From: Azolla caroliniana
Taxonomy: Eukaryota; Plantae; Polypodiophyta
Direction: 5' to 3'
NCBI GenBank assembly: GCA_043228905.1
Contig: JBHGNT010000146.1
Coordinates: 1 to 64,000 of the forward strand
DNA: 64,000 bases
The position numbers and the translations under genes are program-made. Of this stretch, positions 51,235 to 62,592 are shown piece after piece (within the stretch, counting starts at the first letter, position 1; the number at the start of each line of letters is the position of its first letter). Under the pieces are notes generated by a model, which was not told the origin of the DNA, made no database searches, and saw only the letters and a list, made by a program, of their open reading frames with translations.

Positions 51235-51801
51235 TTTTAATTATGTATTGACTTACAGAGCAGATCATTAACACTCAAATAGATTAACAACTATGTTAAG
51301 TGTATATTCCCATAACCAACTTCAAAATGCCTTTACAACCCTTAATAAATCTGAACATCTTCGATTCTTAGTTCTGATGTGAGTCTTCGTTATATATCAA
51401 TTTTGGACTAGCATGGTTTGCACGTGTGTTATATTTTTTTATTGTTTTGTGGAAGATGCAATATATAAAGAAGATTTGAGCATTTTACAGGATGCAATGT
51501 TTAACTTGTGGTTGCGATTGGATACCCTACAATGACTCATCAATATTGGAATGGAGTGAAAGTGAGCTTCGTAAATATAATTAAAGTTGTTTTGACCAAA
51601 GATCCTAGTATGTATGCATGCTCAGTTATATCTTGAATTCAAATGTGTTATGATGATGTCAAAACAAAAAACTGCTATTTAAAGAAAGAATGCCACTTTT
51701 ATCATTTAGCTTTCATCTCATCTTTTATATTCTATGTTGGGATTCTCTAACATGACCAAGCTTCAGCACCTTTGTTCTGTCTTCGAAGTTTGCAAATGGA
51801 C

Positions 51802-54800
51802 TGTCGAATACATGTGTATAATGGACGTATTCACACTATCCCGTTTTGGCCATTTATGTAATTAGCATAAAGGGTAGTTGCCCTAAGTCGGTCACTATAT
51901 ATAGTGACCTTGTAACCTTCTTGTAAGGTTGGGTGTTGTATTATTGCTTTGTGGAATAAAGAGTCTTTTGTGTCTCTCTCTCTCTCTCTCTCTGTGCAAC
52001 GACCTAAAAACTGTCATACGCAGGTACTCAACAGCAATCGAATGCTTCTTGATCTTCCGCATAGACGACCTTGTTCCCAACATCTGGTATCAGAGCCTGC
52101 ACAGTATTCGGTCCTTCAATCCGCTGTCGGACGTCGTCTCAGCCTGCACAACATTCGGTTTCTTGCGTCATTCGAAGAAGAGAGAAGAAGAAGAAAAACG
52201 AGGCTCGCATCTCATCGCGTTAGATCATCTTCGCTTGGAGTAAGCCAACAGGTTGTACTCTGTTCCTTGTGATCGTAACCGCTCGAGGTGAAATCCCCCT
52301 GTGCAACATTGACACGATCGTGCTCCACTCGGTTAAACGGCATCCGAAGAGGTCATCAAACGCTGCTCGCCGCTCATTGTAACCACTCGGTGCAGATCGG
52401 TCTCAAGACAACAACCCCAATTCGTGCTTCATCCGGCTGATCGACATTCGAGAGGATCAGTTGGATCTGTCTCTCTCGTCGCTGCAGCCACCCGAAGCAG
52501 AATCGGTCCAGACAATCGGTTTCAATAATCGGTATTCGGCATATATATCCGAAGCGAACCGGGCTCACTCCGACTCGGCAACATTCGGGAAGACCAGTCG
52601 GTTCTGTCCCTCAAGTTACCGGAGTCAATTCGAGCAAGTTCAACAATACATATATCCGAAACCGAACCGACTCGGGTTCAAATCCGACTAGAACGATATC
52701 GGGTGAGCCAACCGGCTGCACTCCAACAAGGTTCGTAGTCAACTCCGAACCGAGCTCCGTCAACCGAAACCAAATTTGATGGCATCAACATCCGGCTCGT
52801 CAGAAATGAGTCTACGCAAGTTCGATGGATCGAACTTCAACTTCTGGAAGGAACAAATGCAGGACTATCTCATAGTCAAGGGGCAAATCGATCCCATCGA
52901 AAATGAAGAACCTCCAGAAGGATACAAACCAATTGAGTGGCAGAAGCTGGACAGAATCGTCCGCGCCACGATTCGGATGCACCTATCGGAATCGGTATAC
53001 TTTACGGTGCAATCGTGTACGACAGCATTCGAACTGTGGAAAACACTGTCGGACACTTACGAAAAGAAGGTCGCCGCAACGAAGATGTTTCTGATCCGGC
53101 GCCTCTACAACTTGCGGATGAAAGAATCCGATTCGGTTCAAGCACATCTCAATGAGTACGAAAGCATAAGCTCCCAAATCTCGTCACAGGGGACGGCAAT
53201 CGAGGATGAACTCAGAGCAATGATACTCATGAGCAGCCTTCCCTCATCATGGGAAACTTTCGTCACAACCGTGTGCAACGCGTCAACCACGGCTGTTAAA
53301 TACTCCGAAGTCACGAGCGCAATCCTGACCGAAGCAGCTCGGAGAAAGTCTTTCGCCAAAGACTCAACAGACGACGCTTACGTAGTACAAGGTTCGACAG
53401 ACCGATCGAACATACGAGGAAGAGATTCCTCACGGCCGCCGAACAATCAGCGAAGACGGAGCCAGTCACGGGATAACCGAATCTGCAACTATTGCAAGAA
53501 ACCCGGACACATCAAAGCCGACTGCCGCGCACTCAAGAACAAGAACAACAAGAAGAGTGGCCGGCATGAGGAGATCAATTACGTCAGCTTCTCAGCTGAT
53601 GTGCTACCAAACGACCCGAATATACTATCAATCGAAAATCCAGTCGGCTCAGAAGTTCTGCTCACGACTGAAGAATCGAGCACATGGCTCTTGGATTCGG
53701 GTGCGTCATTTCACGTGACTCCTCATAGATCCCAATTTCGGCAATATACGATCCGTCACTCCGACTCAGTTCGAGTCGGCAACTCACAACACTGTGACAT
53801 CATCGGAATCGGCACAGTAGAGCTCAACCTTGCAGGTGGCTCTACACTTGTACTTCACAATGTCCGACATGTACCCGAGCTCTCAAGGCCATTGATCTCA
53901 GTCGGACAACTAGATGAAGACGGCATTCGTGCCGGTTTTTCTTCGGGAGGGTGGACACTCCACAGGGGGAACCTCCTGCTTGCTAGAGGACCCAAGATAC
54001 ACTCCCTGTATCCGTTACATGTTACGCTCAGAGAGGGTAACCTGTTTTTGGTGGATATTCCTGTGTCATCACTATGGCACCGAAGATTAGGACACCTCAG
54101 CAAGGCCGGCATTACGCATCTATCTAGAGCCGGATACATCCCCAAACTCTCCTTCTCGGACCATCAATTCTGCGAGCATTGCCAGTATGGCAAACAAGCA
54201 GCCGCATCACACCCGACATCAGCACCAAGAGAAACGAGACCTCTCGATTTGGTCCACTCGGACGTCTGTGGCCCGATGCCGCATCAGTCTCTTGGTGGTG
54301 CCTCTTACTTCGTCAGTTTTATTGACGATTCGACTCGAAAGGTGTGGGCTTATCCAATTCGCACCAAAGATCGTGTCTTCTCGATCTTCTCCGATTGGCT
54401 CGCTATGGTAGAAAATCAAACCGACCGAAAGCTGAAATGCTTTCGGACAGACAATGGGGGAGAGTTCAAATCGGAAGAATTCGCCAAATTCTGCCGACAA
54501 CGCGGCATCCGACGTGAATTTACGGCACCACACAGTCCGGAGCAAAACGGGATTGCCGAACGCATGAATCGGACAATCCAAGAACGGATAGTTTCCATGC
54601 TCCAACACTCCGGACTGTCGGATGGCTTCTGGGCAGAGGCTCTACTCACGGCAGCACACATAATCAATATGTCGCCAAGTAGACCTCTAGGACTTCAAAT
54701 TCCTCAGGAACTATGGATCGGCAGTAAGCCGAAATACGACAAGCTGAGGATCTTCGGATGCGAGGCGTACGCCCTTATTCCGAAACATGATCGCCGAAAA

Positions 54801-57268
54801 CTTGCACCTCGGTCCAGGAAATGCATTTTTCTTGGATATGGATCAGACGGCGAAATGGGATACCGACTCTGGGACCCCGAACGCAGACAAATCGTTCGAA
54901 GTTCGGACGTTGTGTTCAACGAGTCGGCTATGAATCCATCAGTCGAAAAACCGATCGAAGTCCGAAGGGTAACATTTTCCGATGTGCCGACCCTCCAAGA
55001 AGGCCCCGCTCTTAACACACGGTCAACTTCACGGGTAGCTGAACCTTACACTACCGAATCGGACAACTCCGACTCGGCACCGCAGAACAATCCGCTTTCG
55101 GACCATCCGACCTTGATACCCGATGCGACCAGTCCAATCATACCTCGACGATCCGAGAGACTGTCGCAACCTCCGGAGAGGTATTCTCCTGGAATTTTCT
55201 TCACCGACGCCGGCGAACCGACGTCTTACGAAGAAGCATCGACATCTGTCGATTCAGCCACTTGGCATCTGGCGATGGAGTCGGAAATGCACTCCATTCG
55301 GGCAAACAAGACTTGGGATCTGGTCGAATTACCTAGGAACCGACGTGCTCTTCCTTGCAAGTGGGTTTATCGACTAAAAGAGACGTCTGATTCGACCACC
55401 CCAAAGTACAAGGCCAGATTAGTTGCGAAGGGCTTCCGACAAGAATATGGCGTCGACTTCGACGAGATTTTTTCACCAGTGGTGAAAATGACAACCCTTC
55501 GTTTTCTACTCGGCGTAGTGGCAGCCGACAACCTGGAGCTGATTCAGCTAGATGTCAAAACAGCATTCCTCCATGGTGATCTTGAAGAGGAAATTTATAT
55601 GGAGCAGCCAAAAGGCTTCGTCGCTACTGGCCAAGAACATCTAGTCTGCCGACTCAGGAAGAGTCTATACGGCCTCAAACAGGCACCGCGACAATGGTAC
55701 AAGAAGTTCGACGACTTCATCCAATCGATCGGCTTCTCAAAAAGCGATGAGGACCATTGTCTTTTCACCAACACAGCTCAAGATGGATCACCCATCTTCC
55801 TCATCATTTACGTGGACGACATGCTAATTTCTGGACGCCACGCGGGCGAACTTGCCGATCTCATTCGGCAACTGCGGTTGAAGTTTGCCATGAAGGACCT
55901 CGGTCCGGCACGACACATACTCGGCATGAAGATTAGTCGGCATCGCGATAAACGACATCTTTTTCTGTCTCAGACCGACTATATCCGACGTGTCTTAGAA
56001 CGCTTCAACATGCAATCAGCCAAATCTGCTTCAACCCCGCTCCCTATGAATCTTCGGCTCTCTCAGCGAGACTGCCCGACATCCGGTCCGGAGGGGGAAG
56101 ATATGAAGTCGGTACCGTATGCACCGGCAGTCGGCTCCCTTATGTACCTGATGGTCGCGACACGGCCTAATATTTCTCACGCCGTAGGAGTCGTTAGCAG
56201 ATTTATGCACAATCCCGGCCGATCGCATTGGAACGCAGTCAAGCATGTGTTCAGATATCTGGCTGGCACAAAAGACCACGGCATTCTTTTCGGTCCGAAC
56301 CGAACCTCAGGCGTAGTCGGTTACACCGACTCGGACTTCGCCGGCTGTATAGACAGTCGGAAATCAACAACCGGATACTGCTTCAAATTCGGCAATGGAG
56401 CAATCTCGTGGAAGTCGAAACTTCAGGAGTGCACAGCGACCTCAACGACCGAAGCAGAATATGTAGCTGCGTCCGACGCAGCAAAAGAAGCTCTGTGGCT
56501 CGGCCGGCTGGCGCACACGTTTCGGCAAGTCGACCACGACTCGACTCCAGTTGTCTATAGCGACAGTCAAGGTGTTGTTGCCTTGTCGAGAAATCCGGTT
56601 CATCACAACGCCTCCAAACATATCGACGTTCGATATCACTTCGTTCGGGACTGCGTCATTTCAGGGAAAATCAGTCTAGAGAAAATATCCACAACCGACA
56701 ATGTCGCAGATGGAATGACCAAGTGTCTTTCGGCAGACCGCTTTCGGTCTCTTCGGCATCAGATGGGCGTAACGACAAACCAGTCCGGTTAGAGCCGGAC
56801 ACAGAGCAGGATGGTTCCCGACAACCGACATCAGTTCCTTAATGATCGGCTTCAACTGTTCCGACCCGACCAGTTCGGTCTTCTGCCTTCGGACCCTGCC
56901 GACTCGAACAAAGCTGATATGTCCGAGAACCTAAGTCTATACCTGTAATCTTAGATAACCCATGTATACGCCCATTACGGGGGAGTGTCGAATACATGTG
57001 TATAATGGACGTATTCACACTATCCCGTTTTGGCCATTTATGTAATTAGCATAAAGGGTAGTTGCCCTAAGTCGGTCACTATATATAGTGACCTTGTAAC
57101 CTTCTTGTAAGGTTGGGTGTTGTATTATTGCTTTGTGGAATAAAGAGTCTTTTGTGTCTCTCTCTCTCTCTCTCTCTCTGTGCAACGACCTAAAAACTGT
57201 CATACGCAGGTACTCAACAGCAATCGAATGCTTCTTGATCTTCCGCATAGACGACCTTGTTCCCAACA
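51802..57268 (+). mobile_element. Intact full-length Ty1/copia LTR retrotransposon (Tnt1/Tork-like)
   Basis: LTRs at 51802-52082 and 56986-57268 are identical except (TC)10 vs (TC)11. 5-bp TSD TGGAC on both sides, tRNA-iMet PBS TGGTATCAGAGC at 52085-52096, PPT ACGGGGGAG, and a single open gag-pol. Confidence 0.98.
52779..56792 (+). CDS. Copia Gag-Pol polyprotein (Gag, CCHC knuckle, protease, integrase, RT, RNase H)
   Basis: 1337 aa uninterrupted from ATG 52779. Motifs CNYCKKPGHIKADC, WLLDSGASFH, HRRLGH..CEHC, HSDVCGP/RTDNGGEF/NGIAER, YVDDML, DSDFAG/TEAEY/KHIDVRYHF. Confidence 0.97.
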   Translation: MASTSGSSEMSLRKFDGSNFNFWKEQMQDYLIVKGQIDPIENEEPPEGYKPIEWQKLDRIVRATIRMHLSESVYFTVQSCTTAFELWKTLSDTYEKKVAATKMFLIRRLYNLRMKESDSVQAHLNEYESISSQISSQGTAIEDELRAMILMSSLPSSWETFVTTVCNASTTAVKYSEVTSAILTEAARRKSFAKDSTDDAYVVQGSTDRSNIRGRDSSRPPNNQRRRSQSRDNRICNYCKKPGHIKADCRALKNKNNKKSGRHEEINYVSFSADVLPNDPNILSIENPVGSEVLLTTEESSTWLLDSGASFHVTPHRSQFRQYTIRHSDSVRVGNSQHCDIIGIGTVELNLAGGSTLVLHNVRHVPELSRPLISVGQLDEDGIRAGFSSGGWTLHRGNLLLARGPKIHSLYPLHVTLREGNLFLVDIPVSSLWHRRLGHLSKAGITHLSRAGYIPKLSFSDHQFCEHCQYGKQAAASHPTSAPRETRPLDLVHSDVCGPMPHQSLGGASYFVSFIDDSTRKVWAYPIRTKDRVFSIFSDWLAMVENQTDRKLKCFRTDNGGEFKSEEFAKFCRQRGIRREFTAPHSPEQNGIAERMNRTIQERIVSMLQHSGLSDGFWAEALLTAAHIINMSPSRPLGLQIPQELWIGSKPKYDKLRIFGCEAYALIPKHDRRKLAPRSRKCIFLGYGSDGEMGYRLWDPERRQIVRSSDVVFNESAMNPSVEKPIEVRRVTFSDVPTLQEGPALNTRSTSRVAEPYTTESDNSDSAPQNNPLSDHPTLIPDATSPIIPRRSERLSQPPERYSPGIFFTDAGEPTSYEEASTSVDSATWHLAMESEMHSIRANKTWDLVELPRNRRALPCKWVYRLKETSDSTTPKYKARLVAKGFRQEYGVDFDEIFSPVVKMTTLRFLLGVVAADNLELIQLDVKTAFLHGDLEEEIYMEQPKGFVATGQEHLVCRLRKSLYGLKQAPRQWYKKFDDFIQSIGFSKSDEDHCLFTNTAQDGSPIFLIIYVDDMLISGRHAGELADLIRQLRLKFAMKDLGPARHILGMKISRHRDKRHLFLSQTDYIRRVLERFNMQSAKSASTPLPMNLRLSQRDCPTSGPEGEDMKSVPYAPAVGSLMYLMVATRPNISHAVGVVSRFMHNPGRSHWNAVKHVFRYLAGTKDHGILFGPNRTSGVVGYTDSDFAGCIDSRKSTTGYCFKFGNGAISWKSKLQECTATSTTEAEYVAASDAAKEALWLGRLAHTFRQVDHDSTPVVYSDSQGVVALSRNPVHHNASKHIDVRYHFVRDCVISGKISLEKISTTDNVADGMTKCLSADRFRSLRHQMGVTTNQSG

Positions 57269-60149
57269 TGGACAACTTTCCTTTGTTCTCATAAAGAGTG
57301 GGTTTTAATGTTTTAATTGTCTTTCAAAAGATTGAATTTTCTGAAAACTATAGAAGTTTTACTAGTCTTTGTAGTTTTTTGTTTTTTATTCACTTTAGAA
57401 TCTGGTCTTTAATAGCCTTTCAGCAATATTAATTTGGAATCCACCACTTACTGAATCAAACTAACAAAAACTTTCCAGCAATACTAATTTGGAATTCACA
57501 ACTTACTGATTCAAACTAACAAAGGTGGAGAATCAGCGCTCTGTTCCCTTTTTTTCACCTTTACTTTTCTTTGTAAGGATATTTAGTCTTTAATCAATTT
57601 TCTTAATGATAATATGGTTTAATGAGAATCAATACTAAAGCATTGGTTATTGGTTTGCCTAGTTTAATAAAGCAAAACTTGTATATACATTTATGCCTTG
57701 GAAGTTGGAATAAAGAAAGCAGCAGAATGCATATGCATATACGTATATGTCTTGGAGTCAAGAAGCGTTGTGGTGTGAAACAACCATATTATAAACCGTT
57801 TTTATATGATTCAATTATTGTTGAAACTAAAATTATGCTTTGATGTATTTAGATGGGTCACATAGACATGTGTTGAAGTGCACACTATATTTATGAGGTA
57901 TAAGTTATCATGCTGTTTATAGAAGGATTAGTTTTTAAATCACTACAGGTAGTACCAATAGGATGTGCTACATAATTATGCCAGCAAATCCGTCATCCAA
58001 GAGGAAGAGACAAACTGGGTGCGGATTTGGAAGGGATAAAGTATTTGGAAAAACTCTTTTTGCTTTTTCATGCATAGTTTTACTGTCAATGTACAAACAG
58101 TTTGTGATACATTACATATATACTTTGTTTATATATGTAATGTATTAGTTGATACATTTCAAGAATCATAAAGTATGTACGCATATATGCCTTTTTCAAA
58201 TTTTCCTATATAGGCTAGGAGAAATTTGAGCTACTAATCACATAAGATTAAGCTCGTAACTTCCTAGAAGCAAATGAGTGAATTAAGATTCCATAAGGAC
58301 ATGGCCACTCTTTAATTAAAAGCGAATTAAGATTATTCTAAGTCAGACAAATTATCATGACCATCCTCATTTCTAAATAGAAATATTAGAGTGCATGTGA
58401 TTAGCATTGTACATTCCCTAACAATTGTAAAAAAACGTATTCTTGTTACTTAAGTCTCACATTCTTTACTTTCAAGGTAAAATGCTGCGCCCTTGATCTA
58501 GAGTTTTATCCATTTGAATATAAGAACTTTTCGCAGAACTCCTTTATTTTTTGTTGTCTTCTGTCTAATGTATGTCACAACCCCAAAGGTGCAACAAGAA
58601 ACTCATAAAAACAGAAGGCAAAAAGGAAAAGAGAGTATGTTAGCCATAACTCATTTTCAAGTCTCGAATAATGACCTTAGAATTTATTATGTCTGTATAT
58701 ATGTACACATTGTATGTGATGGTGGATAGCAGAGTAATCGAATGAAAGAATAAGAAAAGGAATGGGTGTGAGATTTAAAAGCCTATAATGCTTATATTTA
58801 TATATACTTATATAAACTTTAAAGTATGTCAGTACCAATCATTTAACTGTATCTATCATATGATGCAATGGATTTTTACTCCCCTTTTTTTTTAATGCAT
58901 ATTCTGGATAGGCTTGCCATATGGCAGCTAAGAAGACAGCAACTATGGCCACTAAAAGACAGCAAAATCTATGTAATGCTTGAGGACAAAGATGACAGCA
59001 GTGAAAATGCTGAAAATAAAATCTTAATAATCACAAGTTGTCTCATTTCAAGATAACAAGCAAACAAGACATGAATGATCCTCTTCCCTACATTTAGAAA
59101 AGGCTACCACAGTGCCATAAAACATACAGTGAAACTCATAGAAAACAAGAACATGTAAATAAGACAATGTCGAAAGAGTCAAGACATGACCCAACCGGAA
59201 GAAGATAGAGAAGCCCACAAATTATGAGAAAGAGCATATCCCAAGAAATTATGTATACATTCATTCATTCTTGTGCAGTTTCCTGACACATTCACCAGGA
59301 CAAAATTTCACATCCACAGTAAGCAAAATAAACCTGTTCTCAATATCATATCATAGATATTCATCTCTATGATTTGTCTCAAGGAACTCACTAAATTCAG
59401 TAGTACATTCATATCATAATGAGGCTAAACTCTTGAGTCTCTAACTCAACACATAACATTAATCTGTGGAACATCTCTTGAGTCTCTAACTCAACACATA
59501 ACATTAATCTGTGGAGCATAAGGACTTCATCATAATGGTGTATGTGTTAATCCTTCTTACAGTTCTTTACACCATCAATTCAGAATACAAGAACAAGATC
59601 ATAAAAATAAAACTCAATCAGAAAAATAAAACCATATCCCTTCAATCTAGTCTTACAACAGCGGTCCATTATTAATTAAAAAAGACATCACAATTAGAAG
59701 AAAGTAAGCTAGAGATTTACTTGAAGCAGAAGCAGAAGTTCATTATCACAAAAGACAATCAGAATGAATGCAACTCAGGACTTTATTTTAAACAGAAAAT
59801 ACAACAGAATACAATCAGCCAAACCCAAAAAGAAAAAAATATATATAAAAATCTGAGAGGGGGGATAATAATCAAGTCTGAAGAGACCATGGGTCAGAAC
59901 ATACAGGTCTTCAATCAATGGCTCCATGGATATCCATGTGTATAGATCAAATCGAATAGATCAACAACTCCATAAAAAGAGTAGTTTGTTTTTTCAGTGC
60001 TGCAACAAGTTCATCATATCAAAAGAATTGAAGTTAAAAATGATGGAACCTATAAGAGGCCATCGATAATAGTAGTAGAAAACAGTATGATAGTAATAAA
60101 TAGTCTTTTTTGTTTTTTTTGTCTCTCTATGCAGAGAGTGGAGCATTTT

Positions 60150-60344
60150 TCAGTATAGGAAGGCACCCAAGGCAAGCAAAAAGAGGCTTAGTAGAGGCAA
60201 GCCAAATTTAGCAGATGATGTCGCATCAGAAACAGGGGCAGGAGCAGGGGAGACAGCCTGTGCCATAGCTGTCACCATGGACAGCAACAGCACTAGGGCT
60301 GAGGCTACTACAAGAAGAGTCACCATCTTCTGTCCACTGGCCAT
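60150..60344 (-). CDS. Arabinogalactan peptide (AG-peptide, GPI-anchored), 64 aa
   Basis: Signal peptide MASGQKMVTLLVVASALVLLLSMVTAMA, mature QAVSPAPAPVSD with SP/AP dipeptides, hydrophobic GPI signal tail FGLPLLSLFLLALGAFLY. Confidence 0.88.
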   Translation of the reverse strand: MASGQKMVTLLVVASALVLLLSMVTAMAQAVSPAPAPVSDATSSAKFGLPLLSLFLLALGAFLY

Positions 60345-61135
60345 TTCTTCTTTCTTTGCCCTCACAAAAATTGTCTGTCAGAGGAAAAAAAACACCCACG
60401 AGAGAGAAGAATGAGATCCTGCAGATAGTACAAATATACATGTATAGACATTTGTGTACAATACATATATACATACATATGCAAATGGGTTGTACCTATG
60501 CAGGTATGTATAGGTATGTGCATATGTACATACCTGATTGAATGTATGTATGATACATATCTTACATTCAAGTACATACATAATGAAACAAACAAAGATG
60601 AGAGGGTCTTCATTTTCATCTACTGTCCATCTTTCAAACATGTCTTTTTTTTCTGATTGATGAAGCATCTGCCTACCATATTAATGCATGAAGAAGCACA
60701 GTGAGACTGTTCTTTTTCTCTCTAATTTAGGGTAACAGACAATGTGTAATTTCCATAGATGGCAATTTATTGAGAAGTAAAGCTCCTATATGTTAAGCAA
60801 AAACACGTTACAAGAAAAGCACATCGTACTTACGAAGAGATGGAACAAAAACCCTAACTGATTATGAAAGAAAGGCTTTAATTCCTTCGGATTGACACGT
60901 GAAACACCCAAGCTAAATAGCAAACAAAGGCTTCTACTTACTTACATAAAGCTGTTCAAACCGTAATTAGTTACAGAAGATATTGAACCTTCTTAACGAG
61001 CAGAATGCATGGTTTAAAGGTTTCTAAGCCTTAATAGGACATAACTTTTTCTTTTTCTTTTAAAGACCCACATCACACACCAAGGCCTCTCAGGAACGGA
61101 ACACGAAAAGCTTGTGGAACTGAGAACTAAAGGGA

Positions 61136-61180
<45 letters not shown>

Positions 61181-61227
61181 TGTGAAACAGGGGAGACAAA
61201 AACAAAGAGACGTGAAGATAACAGAAC

Positions 61228-61682
61228 AAAACAGAGAGATGAAGAAGAACAGAGCAGAAAATGAAGGTTTTAATGCACAAACATAAAGAAAAGAGAGAAA
61301 ATCATCTAACTAAGCTACACTTACATGCATGCAAAACAGAGAGATGAAGAAGAACAGAGCAGAAAATGAAGGTTTTAATGCACAAACATAAAGAAAAGAG
61401 AGAAAATCATCTAACTAAGCTACACTTACATGCATGCATACATATACAAACAACAGAGAGATGAAGAAACAGAGCAAAAACAGGGAGAAATGGAAGGTTT
61501 TTACTGCACACACATAAAGAAAAGAGAGCAAACCATCTAACTAGCATACACTTACATGCATACATACATACAAACAAAAAACAGAGAGACGAAGAAACAG
61601 AGCAAAAACAGGGAGAAATGGAAGGTTTTAATTTTAATGCACACACAAAAAGAAGAGAGAGCAAATCATCTAACTAAGCTAA
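61228..61682 (+). repeat. ~105-125 bp tandem repeat, about 4 units
   Basis: AAAACAGAGAGATGAAG..GAAGGTTTT..AAAGAAAAGAGAG..ATCATCTAACTAAGCTACACTTACATGCAT is repeated. Confidence 0.85.
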
Positions 61683-61971
61683 ACATACATACATACATAC
61701 ATACATACATACATACATACATACATACCTGAGAGAGAGAGAGAGAGAGGTTGGGGGGGCAGGGTCTGCAGAGCAGAGGAAGCAGAAGCTCCAAGTTGAG
61801 AGAAGAAGAAGAAGAAGGGAGGTGAGTGAGGTGAAGTGCTTAACAGTGAAGAGCAGTGAAAGGAGGGAGGTTTGTGTTATAAGAATGGGGAAGAGCAGAG
61901 AGAAAGAGAGGGGGGGAGAAGCCAGGCTGGCAAGCATTTGATTGAGCTTTCACACTCTATGTACATTACAG

Positions 61972-61974
<3 letters not shown>

Positions 61975-62030
<56 letters not shown>

Positions 62031-62088
62031 GGGGTGTGTGAGTTTGTGTGTGAAAGATAGAGAGAGAAAGAGAGAGGTGTGAGTGTGT

Positions 62089-62130
<42 letters not shown>

Positions 62131-62434
62131 GTGTGACAGAGGGGTGTGTATGAATGAGTGAGAGAGAAAGAGATGTATGTGTGTGTGTGTGACAGATAGA
62201 TGTGTGTTTCTGTGTGTGTGTTTGTGTGTGACAGATAGAGGGGGGTGTGGGTGTGTGTGTGTGTGTGTGTTTGTGTTTGTGATAGAGAGAGAGGGGTGTG
62301 TGTGTGTGTGATAGAGGTAGAGGTGTGTGTGTGTGTGTGATAGAGAGAGAGGGGTATGTGTATGTGTGTGATAGAGAAAGAGGGGTATATGTGAGAGGGG
62401 TGTGTGTGTGTGTGATAGAGAGAGAGAGGGGTAT

Positions 62435-62470
<36 letters not shown>

Positions 62471-62592
62471 TAGAGAGAGATTTTACTGTCTTCTAAGACC
62501 AAAATTGGCCCATGAGACAAATGATAAGAGGGAGAAGGGTGTGTGTGTGTGTGTGTGTAGAGAGCGAAAGAGAGAGAGAGAGTGAGTGAGTG
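61975..62592. repeat. Compound (GT)n/(GA)n microsatellite field
   Basis: Directly visible alternating GT and GA runs with a higher-order unit GTGTGTGATAGAGAGAGAGGGG. Confidence 0.95.

Noticed and set aside
57421-59515. Small direct duplications (57421-57520, 59430-59515; also 16340-16440 and 17640-17705)
   Set aside because: Ordinary 40-60 bp slippage duplications with no further structure.
6657-60344. Functional cluster of channel, BRIZ and AG-peptide genes
   Set aside because: Adjacency in a plant genome is not evidence of shared function. Synteny and co-expression data would be needed.
61966-62585. His/Thr-rich and Val/Cys-rich ORFs
   Set aside because: These are translations of GT/GA microsatellites.
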